A DNA stretch of 64,000 nucleotides from Octopus vulgaris (Eukaryota), in contig OX597831.1 in assembly GCA_951406725.2 (NCBI GenBank), positions 41,974,001-42,038,000 on the forward strand, read 5' to 3'. Made by a program: the position numbers and the translations under genes. The notes below the pieces were generated by a model, which ran no database searches, was not told the DNA's origin, and saw only the letters and a program-made list of their open reading frames with translations. Shown here piece after piece: positions 1-13,204 of this stretch (its first letter is position 1; every line of letters starts with the position of its first letter).

Positions 1-69
1 GAGAGAGAGAGAGGGGTGGGGGGATCTTAAAAAAAAAAAAACGAACACCCTAGATAAAACAGTCCTGCA

Positions 70-230
70 AGCATAGTTTTGTGGTTAAGAAGAACACTTT
101 ATAGCCGCGTGGTTCCTGGTTCTGACTGATCAGGCCGGCACCTTGGGTAACTGTCTTCTATTATAGAGACGGACCGGCCGTTACCTTGTGAGTAAATTTG
201 GTAGACGAAAACTGTGTGGAAGCCCGTCGT
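70..230 (+). mobile_element. degenerate 5' half of SINE family A
   Basis: Diverged match to the family A head/body (…CACCTTGGG…TGTCTTCTA…TTTGGTAGACGAAAACTG…AGCCCGTCG) seen intact at 39051 and 50119. Confidence 0.7.
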
Positions 231-416
231 AAACAACCAATGTTGGTTGGGTGACATTTATTAAGAGATAGTTGTAAAATCTCAAGAAAAGATCAGGGTA
301 GTAGCTATACTAACCAGTAAAGTTAAACGCCACATCAAAGTGGCTGTTCCAAGTTACTACTAGTTTAACCTCGGGCAGATCTTCCGCCAGCTGGTTATCG
401 GTGCAGCCTGCACCAT

Positions 417-1002
<586 letters not shown>

Positions 1003-1122
1003 AAGATAACAAAAGTAATAAATGAAGATAATAAAATTAAAATTAGGGAATGGGCCTGTATTGGATTGTATATATATATATGTATATGTATATTTGTATG
1101 TATGTATGTGTGTATGTGTAGG

Positions 1123-1165
<43 letters not shown>

Positions 1166-1571
1166 ATATATATGTGTATGTATGTATGTGTGTGTAGATA
1201 CGTATACATGTGTGTATAGGTATAAGTGAGAATCTCCTTATTTACCTATAACTCTATCCCCCTTTTTTATATATATATATTTTTTTATATATATATATTT
1301 TATATATATATTTCTTTATATATATTTTTTATATTTTTTATTTTTTTATTTTTTTATTTTATTTTATTTTTTTTTTTATTTTTTTATTTTTTTTTATTTT
1401 TTATTTTTTTATTTTTTTTATTTATCTATTCTTTCATCTAACTTACCACTGACTCCTTGACCACTCCCCCAAGTATGATATTTTGCGCTATGCCTACCCC
1501 CAAAAAGTCCCCCACCACCACTCCTTTAAACCTGCCTAAATGTATAAATGCTAATACAATTCTTGTTAAAT

Positions 1572-1622
1572 AGCTTCCTGAAGATTTCTCTTGAATGAAA
1601 CAGTACTAGTCCTGTAGAAGCT
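1572..1622 (+). ncRNA. type I hammerhead ribozyme candidate in a Penelope-like terminal repeat
   Basis: AGCTTC|CTGAAGA|TTTC-TCTT-GAAT|GAAA|CAG-TACTAGTC-CTG|TA|GAAGCT. Perfect 6-bp stem I, stem III ACAG/CTGT, GUA cleavage triplet; the stem II closing pair is a U-U mismatch. Followed by AATAAA and (AT)n. Confidence 0.65.
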
Positions 1623-1633
1623 CCTTCTATATA

Positions 1634-1746
<113 letters not shown>

Positions 1747-1790
1747 ATAGTAGGGGAACGAATCCCAACCGCTCCTAACAGACAACAGGA

Positions 1791-1837
1791 TCGCGAGACT
1801 GACTCAATTTCGAAGTAGATGACTCATCTTCAGTCGC
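1791..1837 (-). ncRNA. type I hammerhead ribozyme candidate with intact core
   Basis: Minus strand: GCGA|CTGAAGA|T|GAGT-catct-ACTTC|GAAA|TTGA-G-TCAG|TC|TCGC. Core CUGANGA/GAAA and GUC triplet are intact; stem III is near-palindromic. Confidence 0.7.
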
Positions 1838-2017
1838 CAGACAGATAGCCAGAGTTCGCCCCAGCCAGCAATATACTGCAAGCAAAGCGACCATCGATCA
1901 CTGATTTGCAATAAGCAAAATAGCTAGTTGTAAAACTTCAAGAATAGATCAGAGTAGTAACTATATTAACCAGTAAAGTATAGTTACTGGCTAATATAGT
2001 TACTTCTCTGATCTCTT

Positions 2018-2231
2018 TATTCTTTACTCTTTTACTTGTTTCAGTCATTTGACTGTGGCCATTGCTGGAGCACCGCCTTTAGTCGAGCAAATCGACCCCA
2101 GGACTTATTCTTTGTAAGCCTAGTACTTACTCTATCGGTCTCTTTTGCTGAACCGCTTAGTTACGGAGACGTAAACACACCAGCATCGGTTGTCAAGCGA
2201 TGTTGGGGGAGGGATAAACACAGACACACAA

Positions 2232-2283
<52 letters not shown>

Positions 2284-2488
2284 CCATGTTGATTCGCTAG
2301 CTTCTGCACGCATTTTTTTCTCTCCTTGTTTCTTTCCGTGTTTCTTTTCTGTGTATCTTTCTGTTGAAGAGCGTAGGCTCGAAACGTAAAAGACTTGTTT
2401 TATTTATATTCCTGAGCGCCATACTAATACAATTGTTTGTTTGTATTCCATCTGCCTTCGTCTTTTATTTATTTTCATAAAGCTTCCC

Positions 2489-2577
<89 letters not shown>

Positions 2578-2742
2578 TACGACGGGCTTCCTTCAGTGTC
2601 CGTCTACCAAGTCCACTCACACGGCTTTGGTTGGCCCGAGGCTATAGTAGAAGACACTTGCCCAAGGTGCCACACAGTGGGACTGAACCCGGAACCATGT
2701 GGTTCGTAAGCAAGCTACTTATCACACAGCCACTCCTGTGCC
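2018..2742 (-). mobile_element. SINE family A, full length, with a Penelope-like fragment inside its internal microsatellite
   Basis: tRNA-like head GGCACAGGAGTGGCTGTGTG…GGTTCCGGGTTCAGTCCC; tail …GCAGTCAAATGACTGAAACAAGTAAAAGAG; foreign insert at 2282-2490. Confidence 0.9.
2356..2393 (+). ncRNA. minimal hammerhead-like motif with a core mutation
   Basis: TCTTT|CTGTTGA|A|GAGC-GTAG-GCTC|GAAA|CG|TA|AAAGA. Stems I and II are perfect and stem III is the ACGT mini-stem, but CUGA is mutated to CUGU. Confidence 0.55.
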
Positions 2743-3173
2743 AATAATCTCTCCTCTTGAGATTTTACAACTAGTTGCTTTGCTTGGTGCAAATCAGCGA
2801 CCAGTGGTCGCTTTGTTTAAAGTATATTACTGGCTGGAGTGAACTCAGGCTGTCTGGCGACCAGGTGCTCGCGACTGAAGATAAGCCAACTAGCTCGACA
2901 CTGAATCAGTTTTGCGATCCTGTTGTCTGCTAGTGGTTAGTAGGGGTTCGCTCCCCTGCTAGCAATATATATGTATGCACAAGGTGCAGGCTGCGCCGAT
3001 AACCAGCTGGTGGAAGATCTGCCTGGGGTTAAACTAGAGACAAGGAACAGTCACTTTGATGTGGCGATTAACTTTACTAATGAATGATATTTATTCCGAA
3101 ACTTGGGTTTTTAAAAAGTTATAACTATTATTACTTTAAATTATGTGTGTGTCTGTATGTGTACGCGTGTGTG

Positions 3174-3833
3174 TATTAAAAATGGGGAAGGCCAGTTTAT
3201 GGGATTACCTTAGGTTTCCCGTCCATAAAGGGTTTAGCTTTATGGTGTATCGTCAGATCCCAAAGCCTGTTGGCCCAAGACTTCTTTAAAATATCTTAAG
3301 AGGTCTTGGACCAACAGGTTTTTGTGATCTGACGATAAAGCTAAACCCTTTATGGACGGGAAGCCTAAGGTAATCCCATAAACCGCCCTTCAGCTTTTTA
3401 ATATATACTGCTCTACATCTTAGAGTGTACTTCTTCTTTCGGATATATGTTTTTTTACAAACGATATATATATATTACCATTTTTTTACCATTTTTTACC
3501 CCTCTGCGAAAAGATCTCAGAATTTTAATTGATTTGCTTTTCGCAGGAAGGAAAGTTTCTTGTCGAAGATACGTCTCGCTTTTATCCTTCGAAACGTAGA
3601 GTAGATGAAACCTTAGCGACTGAAGAAGGGGTTTTTTCGTTGTGTTCATTGTCCTGTACTCCATTTTTTGTTGTTTTTAAAAAAATGTCCAGTTCCTTTG
3701 GTTTGTGTCTATGTTTTCGTTTCTCTTTGTGTTCGACGTCCCTTTGGTGTCCTGTACTCATATATGCGTGTATATGTACATGTAGAGGTAGGTACGTACA
3801 TATATGTTTATATATATGCATATGTTTTATTTC

Positions 3834-3840
<7 letters not shown>
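3174..3840. mobile_element. fold-back (3174-3403 hairpin) plus Penelope-like tail
   Basis: ~110-bp arms (…CCCGTCCATAAAGGGTTTAGCTTTAT… / reverse complement), followed by a T-rich tail containing CGAAACGT and CTGAAGA, ending in (AT)n. Confidence 0.55.
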
Positions 3841-4272
<432 letters not shown>

Positions 4273-4644
4273 TAGATATGTATAAATAATCATCAGTAAT
4301 GGTTTTAGCAGTATAATTGTTCTTGTTGTTGTTGCTATTTTTTTTCGAATCTGGTCTCGTTAGATGACAATTAATGTCAATGGGGTCTTCCAACATTAAA
4401 AAAAAAACTCGTTCCCCTCATCTCAAAAGTAGTCATTTCTGCTAATAACAGATTCCGTGATGTTCTTTGCATATTAGTAACCCCTAATATTAGTTTAACA
4501 AAGCGTACAACGACCGTTCTTTACTCACAAGCAAATTCAGTCACGCATGTTTTAACATATATAACACAGCACCAGTCAACGATGTTACAACTCCAGACAG
4601 TAAGAACATTGTGATGCTATATGCAAAACTATGTCATAATTAAT

Positions 4645-5142
4645 TCTTTCTAATTTTTGGCACAGTGGAGGTACATGGCCTAGTGGTTAGAGCAGCGGAC
4701 TCGCCGTCGAGGGATCGCGGGTTCGAATCTCAGAGCGGGCGATGTGTGTGTGTATGAGCGAAACACCTAAGTTCCACGCGGCTCCGGCAGAAGGTAATGG
4801 CGAACTTTTGCTGACTCTTTCGACACAACTTTCTCTAACTAACTCTTTCCTCCTGCATCTTGCAGCTCACATGCGACGGACCGGCGTCCCGTCCAAGTGG
4901 GGAACCGGGAAACCGGCCACTATGAGCCAGGCATAGCTTGAGAAAGAACAAACAATTTTTGGCACAAGGCCGCCAATTCTGAGAGGTGGTGAAATCAAGT
5001 TCAATGCTCAACAAGTATTTAATTTACCGATACCGAATGGATAAAAGGCAAAGTTAACCTCGCGTCAAAAGAGCCGGAAGAAATGCCGCTAAGCATTTTG
5101 TACGGCACGTGCTAACGATTCAGCCTGCTCGCCGCCTTACAT
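4645..5142 (-). mobile_element. old family B (Meta-domain) SINE hosting the C copy
   Basis: Head GGCGGCGAGC on the minus strand at ~5137; TSD ATGTCATAATTAAT at 4631 and 5143. Confidence 0.75.
4665..4953 (+). mobile_element. SINE family C with a V-domain-like body, nested in a family B SINE
   Basis: A/B boxes present; body TGCGACGGACCGGCGTCCCGTCCA…GAAACCGGCC; 13-bp TSD AATTTTTGGCACA (4652/4954). Confidence 0.85.
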
Positions 5143-5687
5143 CATGTCATAATTAATAATTATCAATCAATGCTGTTCTTGTTCCACAGACCAAAACAGG
5201 TTTAAAAAGATGATTCACAGCAACCTGCAACTGCGCCAGCTAACAAAGATCAATCTTCTCTTCTAGACGCGAAAATTCTATTTTCTTAAATTTCTCGAGA
5301 TTATCTCCCACTTTTCTTAGAGATCCACAGACATTAGCTGTTAGGCTTTTGTTTGTTTTTTGTTTTTTTTTTTGTCTCCAATCAAGAACCAAATTTCAAT
5401 TATGTCATCGCTCGTGAGTAGATCCTATAAATAAATGCGTTTTGGGCCTGACCGTCCCATTTATATACGTATATGAATTTGTGCGTGCGTGCATGTATGT
5501 GTGTATGCGTATGTATGTGTGCGTGCATGTGTGTGTGCGTGTTTATCCAATATGCCATGCATTTAAGACGGTTGGTGGGATATGAGGGAGATATGGCTTC
5601 TATTTCTATTACAGAAATGAGACGGGGCGGTCACAGAGTGACTGATCATAAGGCCGACCGGATCAGGGTTGGCCTGCAATTACAATA

Positions 5688-6095
5688 ACCTTTTCTACTC
5701 TATGCACACGGCCCGAAATTTTGGGGGAGGTGGGGGGGGGGGGGCACCGATTAGCTCGACCTCAGTACGCAACTGGTACTTAAGTTATCGACCCCGAAAG
5801 GATGAAAGGCAAAGTCGACCTCGGCGGAATTTGAACTCAGAATGTAAAGACAGACGAAATACCTATTTCTTTCCTACCCACAAAGGCTAAACACAGAGAG
5901 GACAAACAAGGACAGACAAACGGATTAAGTCGATTATATCGACCTCAGTACGTAACTGGTACTTATTTAATCGACCCCGAAAAGATGAAAGGCAAAGTCG
6001 ACCTCGGTGGAATTTGAACTCAGAACGTAGCGGCAGACGAAATACCGCTAAGCATTTCGCCCGGCGTGCTAACGTTTCTGCCAGCTCGCCGCCTT
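5688..6095 (-). mobile_element. family B (Meta-domain) SINE tandem chimera, T2 tail into T1 tail
   Basis: Two copies of GCCTTTCATC(C)TTTCGGGGTCGATAA…AAGTACCAG (Meta-SINE-like core); junction AAAGAAATA|GGTATTTCGTC. Confidence 0.9.
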
Positions 6096-6632
6096 CCTTC
6101 AATTACAATAACGGTAATCAAAGACGCATCGTAATGTCGCTCGGACGAGGTCAAAATCGTATTACGACTACTACCACCACCACTACCAGCACTACTACTA
6201 TTACTACTGCTGCTACAACTATTGCTGCATACTAACGTCGTCACCACGACCACCACGACCACCACCATTACTCCCATCGTCCCACCAGTTCACCCTCGTT
6301 ACAGAAACTTACAAGGTCTCTGTGTGACAAGAGACAACAGTTGTGCTGTTAGTTGAGACGTGAGCTAGATTCTTTCTAACAGGGCAGGGAATCTTGTAAT
6401 ATCTCACTCCAACCACCACCATCACCAACGTCACCCACAATTACATCAACATTCCTCGTCACTTCTTCCAAACTGAATTACTTTACGCATACCTCTTATT
6501 TATTGTTTCATGACTGCAACTATACGCTATAATCTACACATACATCTTATATGCTACACACGCCATCACCACCACAGTCATCATGGTTGTCATCATTATC
6601 GTCACTTATTTCTTTCAATATTTCTACAGATT

Positions 6633-7565
6633 AAGGCAGCGAGCTGGCGAAATCGTTAACGAGTCGTCAATATTGCTTAACGGCATTTCCTCCGACTGTA
6701 CGTTCTGAGTTCAAATGCCGCCCGGGTCGACTTTGCCTTTCATCCTTTCGGGGTTGATGAAAAGAGTACCAGTCAACTACTAGGGCCGATGTAATTGACT
6801 ATCCCTTTCCCAAAAAAACTTATCGTTTCAGGGTCGATAAAATAAGTATCTGTTGAGTACTGGGGTCGATTTAATCGACTTAACCCCACCCTCGAAATTG
6901 CTGGCCTTGTGCCAAAATTTGAAATCAATATCTTTATGGATTTTGGGCGGGGAGCTGGCAGAAATGTTAGCACACCGGGCGAAATACTTAGCGGTATTTC
7001 GTCTGTCTTTACGTTCTGAGTTCAAAGTCCGCCGAGGTCGACTTTGCCTTTCATCCTTTCGGGGTCGATAAATTAAGTACCAGTTACGCACTGGGGTCGA
7101 CCTAATCGACTGGCCCATCCCCCAAAATTTCGGGCCTTGCGCCTAGAGTAGAAAAGAACATCTTTATGGATTTGGGGCGGCGGGCTGGCAGAATCGTTAG
7201 CACGCCGGGCAAAATGTTTAGCGGTATTTCGTCTGCCGTTACGTTCTGAGTTCAAATTCCGCCGAGGTCGACTTTGCTTTTCATCCTTTCGGGGTCGATA
7301 AACTAAGTACCAGTTACGCACTGGGAGTCGATGCAATCGACTCAATCCATTTGTTTGTCCTTGTTTGTCCCCTCTGTGTTTAGCCCCTTGTGGGTAGTAA
7401 AGAAATAGGTATTTCGTCAGTTTTAACGATTTAAGTTTAAATCGCACCGAGGTCGACTTTGCCTTTCATCATTTCGGGATTGATAAAATAAGTACCAGTT
7501 GAATACTGGGATCGATATAATCGACTTACTCCTCCCTTAAAATTATTGGCCTTATTCCAATAAAC
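6633..7565 (+). mobile_element. cluster of about four to five family B SINE copies
   Basis: Heads at ~6633, 6946 and 7177; repeated Meta-like core; direct repeat ATCTTTATGGATTT flanking 6946-7158. Confidence 0.9.
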
Positions 7566-7592
7566 CAATATTCCAATGGATCTTAACGAGGT

Positions 7593-7777
7593 CAGGCGTA
7601 GCTGTATGGTACGAAGTTTGCTTTCCAGTCACGTGGTTCCTAGTTCAGTTCTGCTGCGTGACATCTTGGGCAAGTGTCTTCTGCTATAGCCCTAGGCCAA
7701 CTAAAGGCTTGTGAGTGGATTCGGTATACGGAAAATGTATGTATGTATGTATGTATGTATGTATGTATGTATGTATG

Positions 7778-7808
<31 letters not shown>

Positions 7809-7995
7809 GTGTGTTTGATACCCGATGTTGATTTGTTTACGTCCCCGTAACTTAGTGGTTCGACAAAATAGGAACAGATAGAACAGGTACCAAACTTTAA
7901 ATGTTAGTACAAGGATCGGATTGTTCGACCAAACCCGTCAAGGCGCTGCTCCAGAATGGCCGAAATCCAATGACTGAAACAAGTAAAAGATAAGA
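7593..7995 (+). mobile_element. SINE family A, diverged, with internal (ATGT)n
   Basis: Head, body and ACTGAAACAAGTAAAAGA tail recognisable. Confidence 0.8.
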
Positions 7996-8443
7996 AAATC
8001 TTTGTGGTGTCGAAGAATGTACCTGCTATTTGGAGCATGTTGGACGGCAGCAGTATATGTACGTATGTATATGAATATGTCACTTGTTGTCTTTCTTGTT
8101 TAGCCCCAGGTCAAACTATAAAAACTATAAAAACTAAACGCACACAAACTATATTGGCTCAAACAAGAAGACACTGACATTTCGTTACTAACCGGGTTAA
8201 GTCAACGAAGACGTGAAATAAATGTAAAACAAAACCCTCTCATACATAGAAGCTGTCACTCTTTCACACACACACACACACACACACGGAAGGTACTACG
8301 CATTTTTGGCAGCTGAGTGGACTGGAGCAACGATCGTGAGCTAAATATCCTAACCACTAAACCACGCGCCGTTTCTCTCACATACATACATACATACATA
8401 CATACATACATACATACATACATACATACATACATACATACAT

Positions 8444-8474
<31 letters not shown>

Positions 8475-8639
8475 AACAAACAAACAAAAATGAACTGTTA
8501 ACACGAACGTTATAAAAACATTCATGTTAGAAAGTGAAAGTAAATTGTCCAATAAAAAGTGAAGGAAAATTGTCCAATAAAAATGAAAATTGCGACAGAA
8601 ACCAGATGTGACTACTGTGGCATATCAAGATTTCATAAA

Positions 8640-8930
8640 GCATGTTCGATATCTGATGGGTGGGCTTCCTATGTGATTCTCGGCAACTTCTTTACTCATA
8701 AGTTGTCAGCCAGTCAATTTTGTAAATCCATACGATGACAACATCCATACACGGGCTATGGGAAGGGCAATTCACGCTCACCAAGAAGAAACATCCGCGA
8801 CAATGTGCTTGATAATGTTTATCAGACTAGTGCTACTTCTGTTTCATATTTGCATTTATTCTTACGCATACATTGTTTGGGTAAAGCTGCACATAGTTTT
8901 GCACGCTATGAGCATATAAATCGTGAACTG
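8640..8930 (+). pseudogene. Merlin (ISXO2-like DDE) transposase C-terminal remnant
   Basis: Hand translation across frameshifts gives ISDGWASY…NFVNPYDDNIHT…SYL, matching the Merlin SD.W.AY / NFV.P…HTQ / SYL motifs. Confidence 0.7.
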
Positions 8931-9182
8931 CTGAAATGACTCACCTCCAGTCTTGGTCATTTACGTGATGTTGACAAGCCACAGAAAAACGACGAAACAT
9001 CGACGTCCGTCACTCCTTGACGTGATTAAGGGTGAGTTATCCCACCTCTCCATGACTCTGAAGTCTTTTAACATCCTGTGCTTTGAGTGAGTATACTACT
9101 CCACGCCAATAGCAGCCTGCCGGCAAGTACATCTTCTGTATGCGTTAAATATCTGTGCTTGATAATAAATATATATATATAT

Positions 9183-9401
9183 AACAACTGCAGCGTGGAA
9201 GGTGTTTGTAAGCCATTTAAGAAACACACAAAAGCCGTTCGATTCACTTCAACATTTAAATTTAATTTGTCAAAATATGTTCGTCGCTTTAAGACCGCGA
9301 CGAACATATTTTGACAAATTAAACTTAAATGTTGAAGTGAATCGAACGGCTTTTGTGTGTTTCTTAAATGGCTTACAAACACCTACCACGCTGCAATTGT
9401 T
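9183..9401. repeat. near-perfect ~105-bp-arm hairpin between (AT)n tracts
   Basis: Arms AACAA.TGCAGCGTGG…ATATGTTCGTCGC / reverse complement, 9-nt loop; explains the mirrored ORFs MFVSHLRNTQKPF. Confidence 0.95.
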
Positions 9402-9457
9402 TTCGTTTCAGCACATGATCTCAGATCAAATCACTTGCTATGCAAGTACATCTCCTA

Positions 9458-9550
<93 letters not shown>

Positions 9551-9667
9551 ATGTATGTATGTATGCATCATGTGCATAATATATTCACATATATGTGTGC
9601 ATGTATGAGTATGTATGGTTATATACATGCATACATGTGTGTTTGAAGCCGTGGCTGTACATGCAGT

Positions 9668-9704
<37 letters not shown>

Positions 9705-9898
9705 GCATGTACTGGCACGGTTTCGCACACACACACTCACAAAAGACTTGTGTTAAAGGATGAGACAGACGTGTCTTTGTGACAACACTGATAGCTTAGT
9801 TTATTAACAGAGAGTTTCTAATTCTGCTTTAATTATTTGTTCAATTCGACTCCTGGGAAACAGCTTGCAATACAGCAACACTTTTGTTGTGTAGTTTC

Positions 9899-9962
<64 letters not shown>

Positions 9963-11362
9963 ATATATGGATATACGTGTGTGGTGTGTGTCTGTATCTG
10001 TATGCACAAACATATAAGTAAGCCAATCTATAGATTGTTTTGCAAGAATATACGTTGTTGTATTTGTTGTATTTCCCCAGTCAGGCTTCGTCGAAAAGTT
10101 CCACTTATGATCAACAGTGCCTCAGCTGTGACCAATATATATTTGTTTTCCATTCATTATAGCAAACTTACAAGTTTGGCGCGTAAAGCGAGTTTAGTTG
10201 TTTTTCTAATGTGTATCTGCGAGTGTTATCTGTACAGATTGCGTACCAGCCTGTACTTATATGTAGTATATTGGAGAATATGTCATGATGTACTTTTTCT
10301 TTGTGTGTGTGTGTGTGTTAGTGTTTATATATGTGTGTTAATTTAGACTCCGGTCCATCCTGATTTAGGAATCCTATGATTAAATATGTACCAACCGTGG
10401 TTATTGCATGTTTTTTTCTGTTTTTATTTCTTTTTAAAGATGTAGTTGGGGTATGTTACTGGATGAGTAAATCGATAAGAATGGCGGGACAGGGTATATG
10501 TAGTTCACCTCAAGATGTTTCGTATGCACTACAGAATTTTTAAATAATTTAAGGCTTTTTGCTATTTAATACAACAATAAATTTTCTGAACTCCTTTTTT
10601 TTTTGTCAAGTGCATCAGAAATGTTCTTTTTATATATATTTTTTTACCCCCAATACACCACAAAATCCAAAATGATTCAGAAAAAACTGTAGAAAGCTGT
10701 GGTTTGAACAAAATCTGGCTGTTATTTCTTGCAGATCGAACATCCACTTGGAAGGTCCGTCTACAGTTCGGTTTCGTACTTAAAGTGTTCGGCTATGCCA
10801 GGGCTCGGGGAATTTTTATTTACACCGACGTTACCTCCTTGATTCGAAGGGAAGAAAATCATATATTTTTTGAATTCAAAAGGTTTGTTGAATCTATTTA
10901 TATGGAGAATACAATTATAAATATAACAAGCATTTAAAAAAAACGAGATAAAATAAATTAATATCCTCGCTATGAAACAAAATGATTCTTCTAGAAACTT
11001 TTTCACTTCAGGTTTTGGAGAAATGAGGTTTCATTTTTGTAACAATTACATCAAAATTGAGGCATTTTGACGCCAGAGCAATTTGGATACAGTCTTCGGG
11101 GTCCAATCAATTTTGTTAAAGGGTTGAATTGAATAACTACTTAAATCTACTTAAACAAAGCAAAATCACGTGTGTCAAAAAGATAAGGTTAACGCGGGTA
11201 ATAGTCAACTGACAAATAATATCTGTTTAGTCACCCGACCAAATTTGTAGTTCAAAATGGCGTGACGTCTCCTAAGCATGTCCATTACATGGGATAGATG
11301 CAGTGTTGCCAGTAGAGAAGTCTCTGTAGTAACAAGGAACACGTTTTTTATATAATTTTACT

Positions 11363-11525
11363 TGTGGCTGCGTGGTAAGTAGCTTGCTTACCAACCACAT
11401 GGTTCCGGGTTCAGTCCCACTGCGTGGCACCTTGGGTAAGTGTCTTCTACTATAGCCTCGGGCCGACCAAAGCCTTGTGAGTGGATATGGTAGACGGAAA
11501 CTGAAAGAAGCCTGTCGTATATATG

Positions 11526-11578
<53 letters not shown>

Positions 11579-11790
11579 TTGTGTGTCTGTGTTTGTCCCC
11601 CCAACAACGCTTGACAACCGATGCTGGTGTGTTTACGTCTCCGTAACTTAGCAGTTCGGCCAGAGACCGATAGAATAAGTACTAGGCTTACAAAGAATAA
11701 GTCCTGGGGTCGATTTGCTCGACTAAAAGGTGGTGCTCCAGCATGGCCGCAGTCAAATGACTGAAACAAGTAAAAGAGTAAAAAAGAGTA
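11363..11790 (+). mobile_element. SINE family A
   Basis: High similarity to the 39051 copy. Confidence 0.9.
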
Positions 11791-12319
11791 TGTCTAATGA
11801 GTCCTCATTACCCCCAAGAATTTCATTTTTACCCCACTCGGGGTAATTTACCCGGGTTCGCCGACTCCCGGTCGATGCTATGATCGAGTAGTCCCCGTAA
11901 AATTGTATTCCCTCTGGTTATTATAACTGTTTCAAGTTTTGGCACAAACCTAGCAATCGAGGACTGGGTAATCGGTAATCGATCACATCAAGCCCTGTAC
12001 TTGTTTGGTACTTTATTTAATCGACTTTGAAAGGTTGAAAGATAAAGCTGACCACAGCGATATTTGAACTTGAACTCAAAACGTTAAAAGCTGGAAGAGT
12101 AGGTGTTATCAGACCGGATACTTGGCTTGAACACACTAATAGCCATTTATGTTTTACTGGCTTCGACCAGAAGCTAAGGCCATGCGGGAGCACCACAGTA
12201 AACCCTCCAAAAGGTATCGAAGGATGCGGTAGCGGTTTTAGACCGGGTGATGGATTAAGTATCCAGAGGGTAGACATTCTAAGGAGATAGAACTGGACGG
12301 AATGTTTGCATCGGAAGCT

Positions 12320-13200
12320 GTTAGCGGAGGAGGTGGCGGCGATGGTGGAGGTGGAGGCAATGGCGGAGGCGGAGGTGGAGGCAGCGGCGATGGCGGCGGT
12401 GTCGGACTTAAAGGGAAAGTGTCTTGCTCGCTGCACTTGTGTCAAAATAAAGATATATTGATGACAACGATGATGGCGATGGTGATGATGATGAAAACGA
12501 TGATAATGATGACGATAATGATGAAAATGACTATGATGGAGGTGGTGGTGGAAGTGATAACGATGATTGTGATGACGACGACGATGATGATGATAATAAG
12601 GATGATAAATGATGGTTGTACTGATACTGCTGTTGATGATGATAATGATGAAGGCGACGACGGTGATAATGATAACAATGATGACGGTGGTGGTGATGAC
12701 GATGATAGTGATGATGATGGTGATGATGAACATGATAGTAGTAGTAGTAGTAGTAGTGTGTTTGTGCCTTCACCATCGGATGAGACGGTTTGTTTGCCCA
12801 ACATAAATGTTCCTTTGTTTTCCTTTTAACCTTGTAAAGAGGAACTACTGTGGTGTGTCTTGTTTAATCAGTTAATAGATAGTGCTGGCAGAGGAGTGGA
12901 GGGGAGATAGAGGGTGGGTGGCGTTGGGGGAGGTAGGGTCGCTGTGGGTGGCGTTGGGGGAGGTAGGGTCGCTGTGGGTGGCGTTGGGGGAGGTAGGGTC
13001 GCTGTGGGTGGCGATGGTGGTAGTGTTAGTAGGTGTAGTAGTGGTATTGGTTGTGATGGTCGTGGTAGTGGTAGTAGTAGGATGGTGGTGGTGGTGGTGG
13101 TGGTGGTGGTGGTGATGGTGGTGGTAGTGTTGGTTGTGAATGTGATGGTGGTGGTGGTGATGGTAATAGTGATGGTGGTGGTGGTGGTGGTGGTGGTACT
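12320..13200. repeat. GGC/GAT/GGT trinucleotide low-complexity block including a 30-bp G-rich minisatellite (12915-13013, ~3.3 copies)
   Basis: Unit TGGGTGGCGTTGGGGGAGGTAGGGTCGCTG, exact repeats. Confidence 0.95.
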
Positions 13201-13204
13201 ATCG

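Larger units (their letters stand above)
1984..3078 (+). mobile_element. plus-strand monomer of the hammerhead-bearing repeat, split by a SINE
   Basis: Head-to-head with the minus copy at ~1980; ~370 nt after removing the SINE at 2018-2742. Contains a decayed hammerhead at 2869-2917 (GAAA>GACA, GTC>GTT). Confidence 0.7.

Noticed and set aside
3560-3630. Permuted hammerhead (CGAAACGTA…CTGAAGAAGGGG)
   Set aside because: Stem I cannot form; kept only as a Penelope-like hint.
5688-7565. CRISPR-like recurring GGGGTCGAT/AAGTACCAG repeats
   Set aside because: Internal SINE motifs with irregular spacing and homologous spacers; eukaryotic context, no cas genes.
11810-11872. hAT-type MITE ends (also ~26100-26225, 26810, 35675, 53206)
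   Set aside because: Only one terminus recognisable in each case; no paired TIR/TSD.
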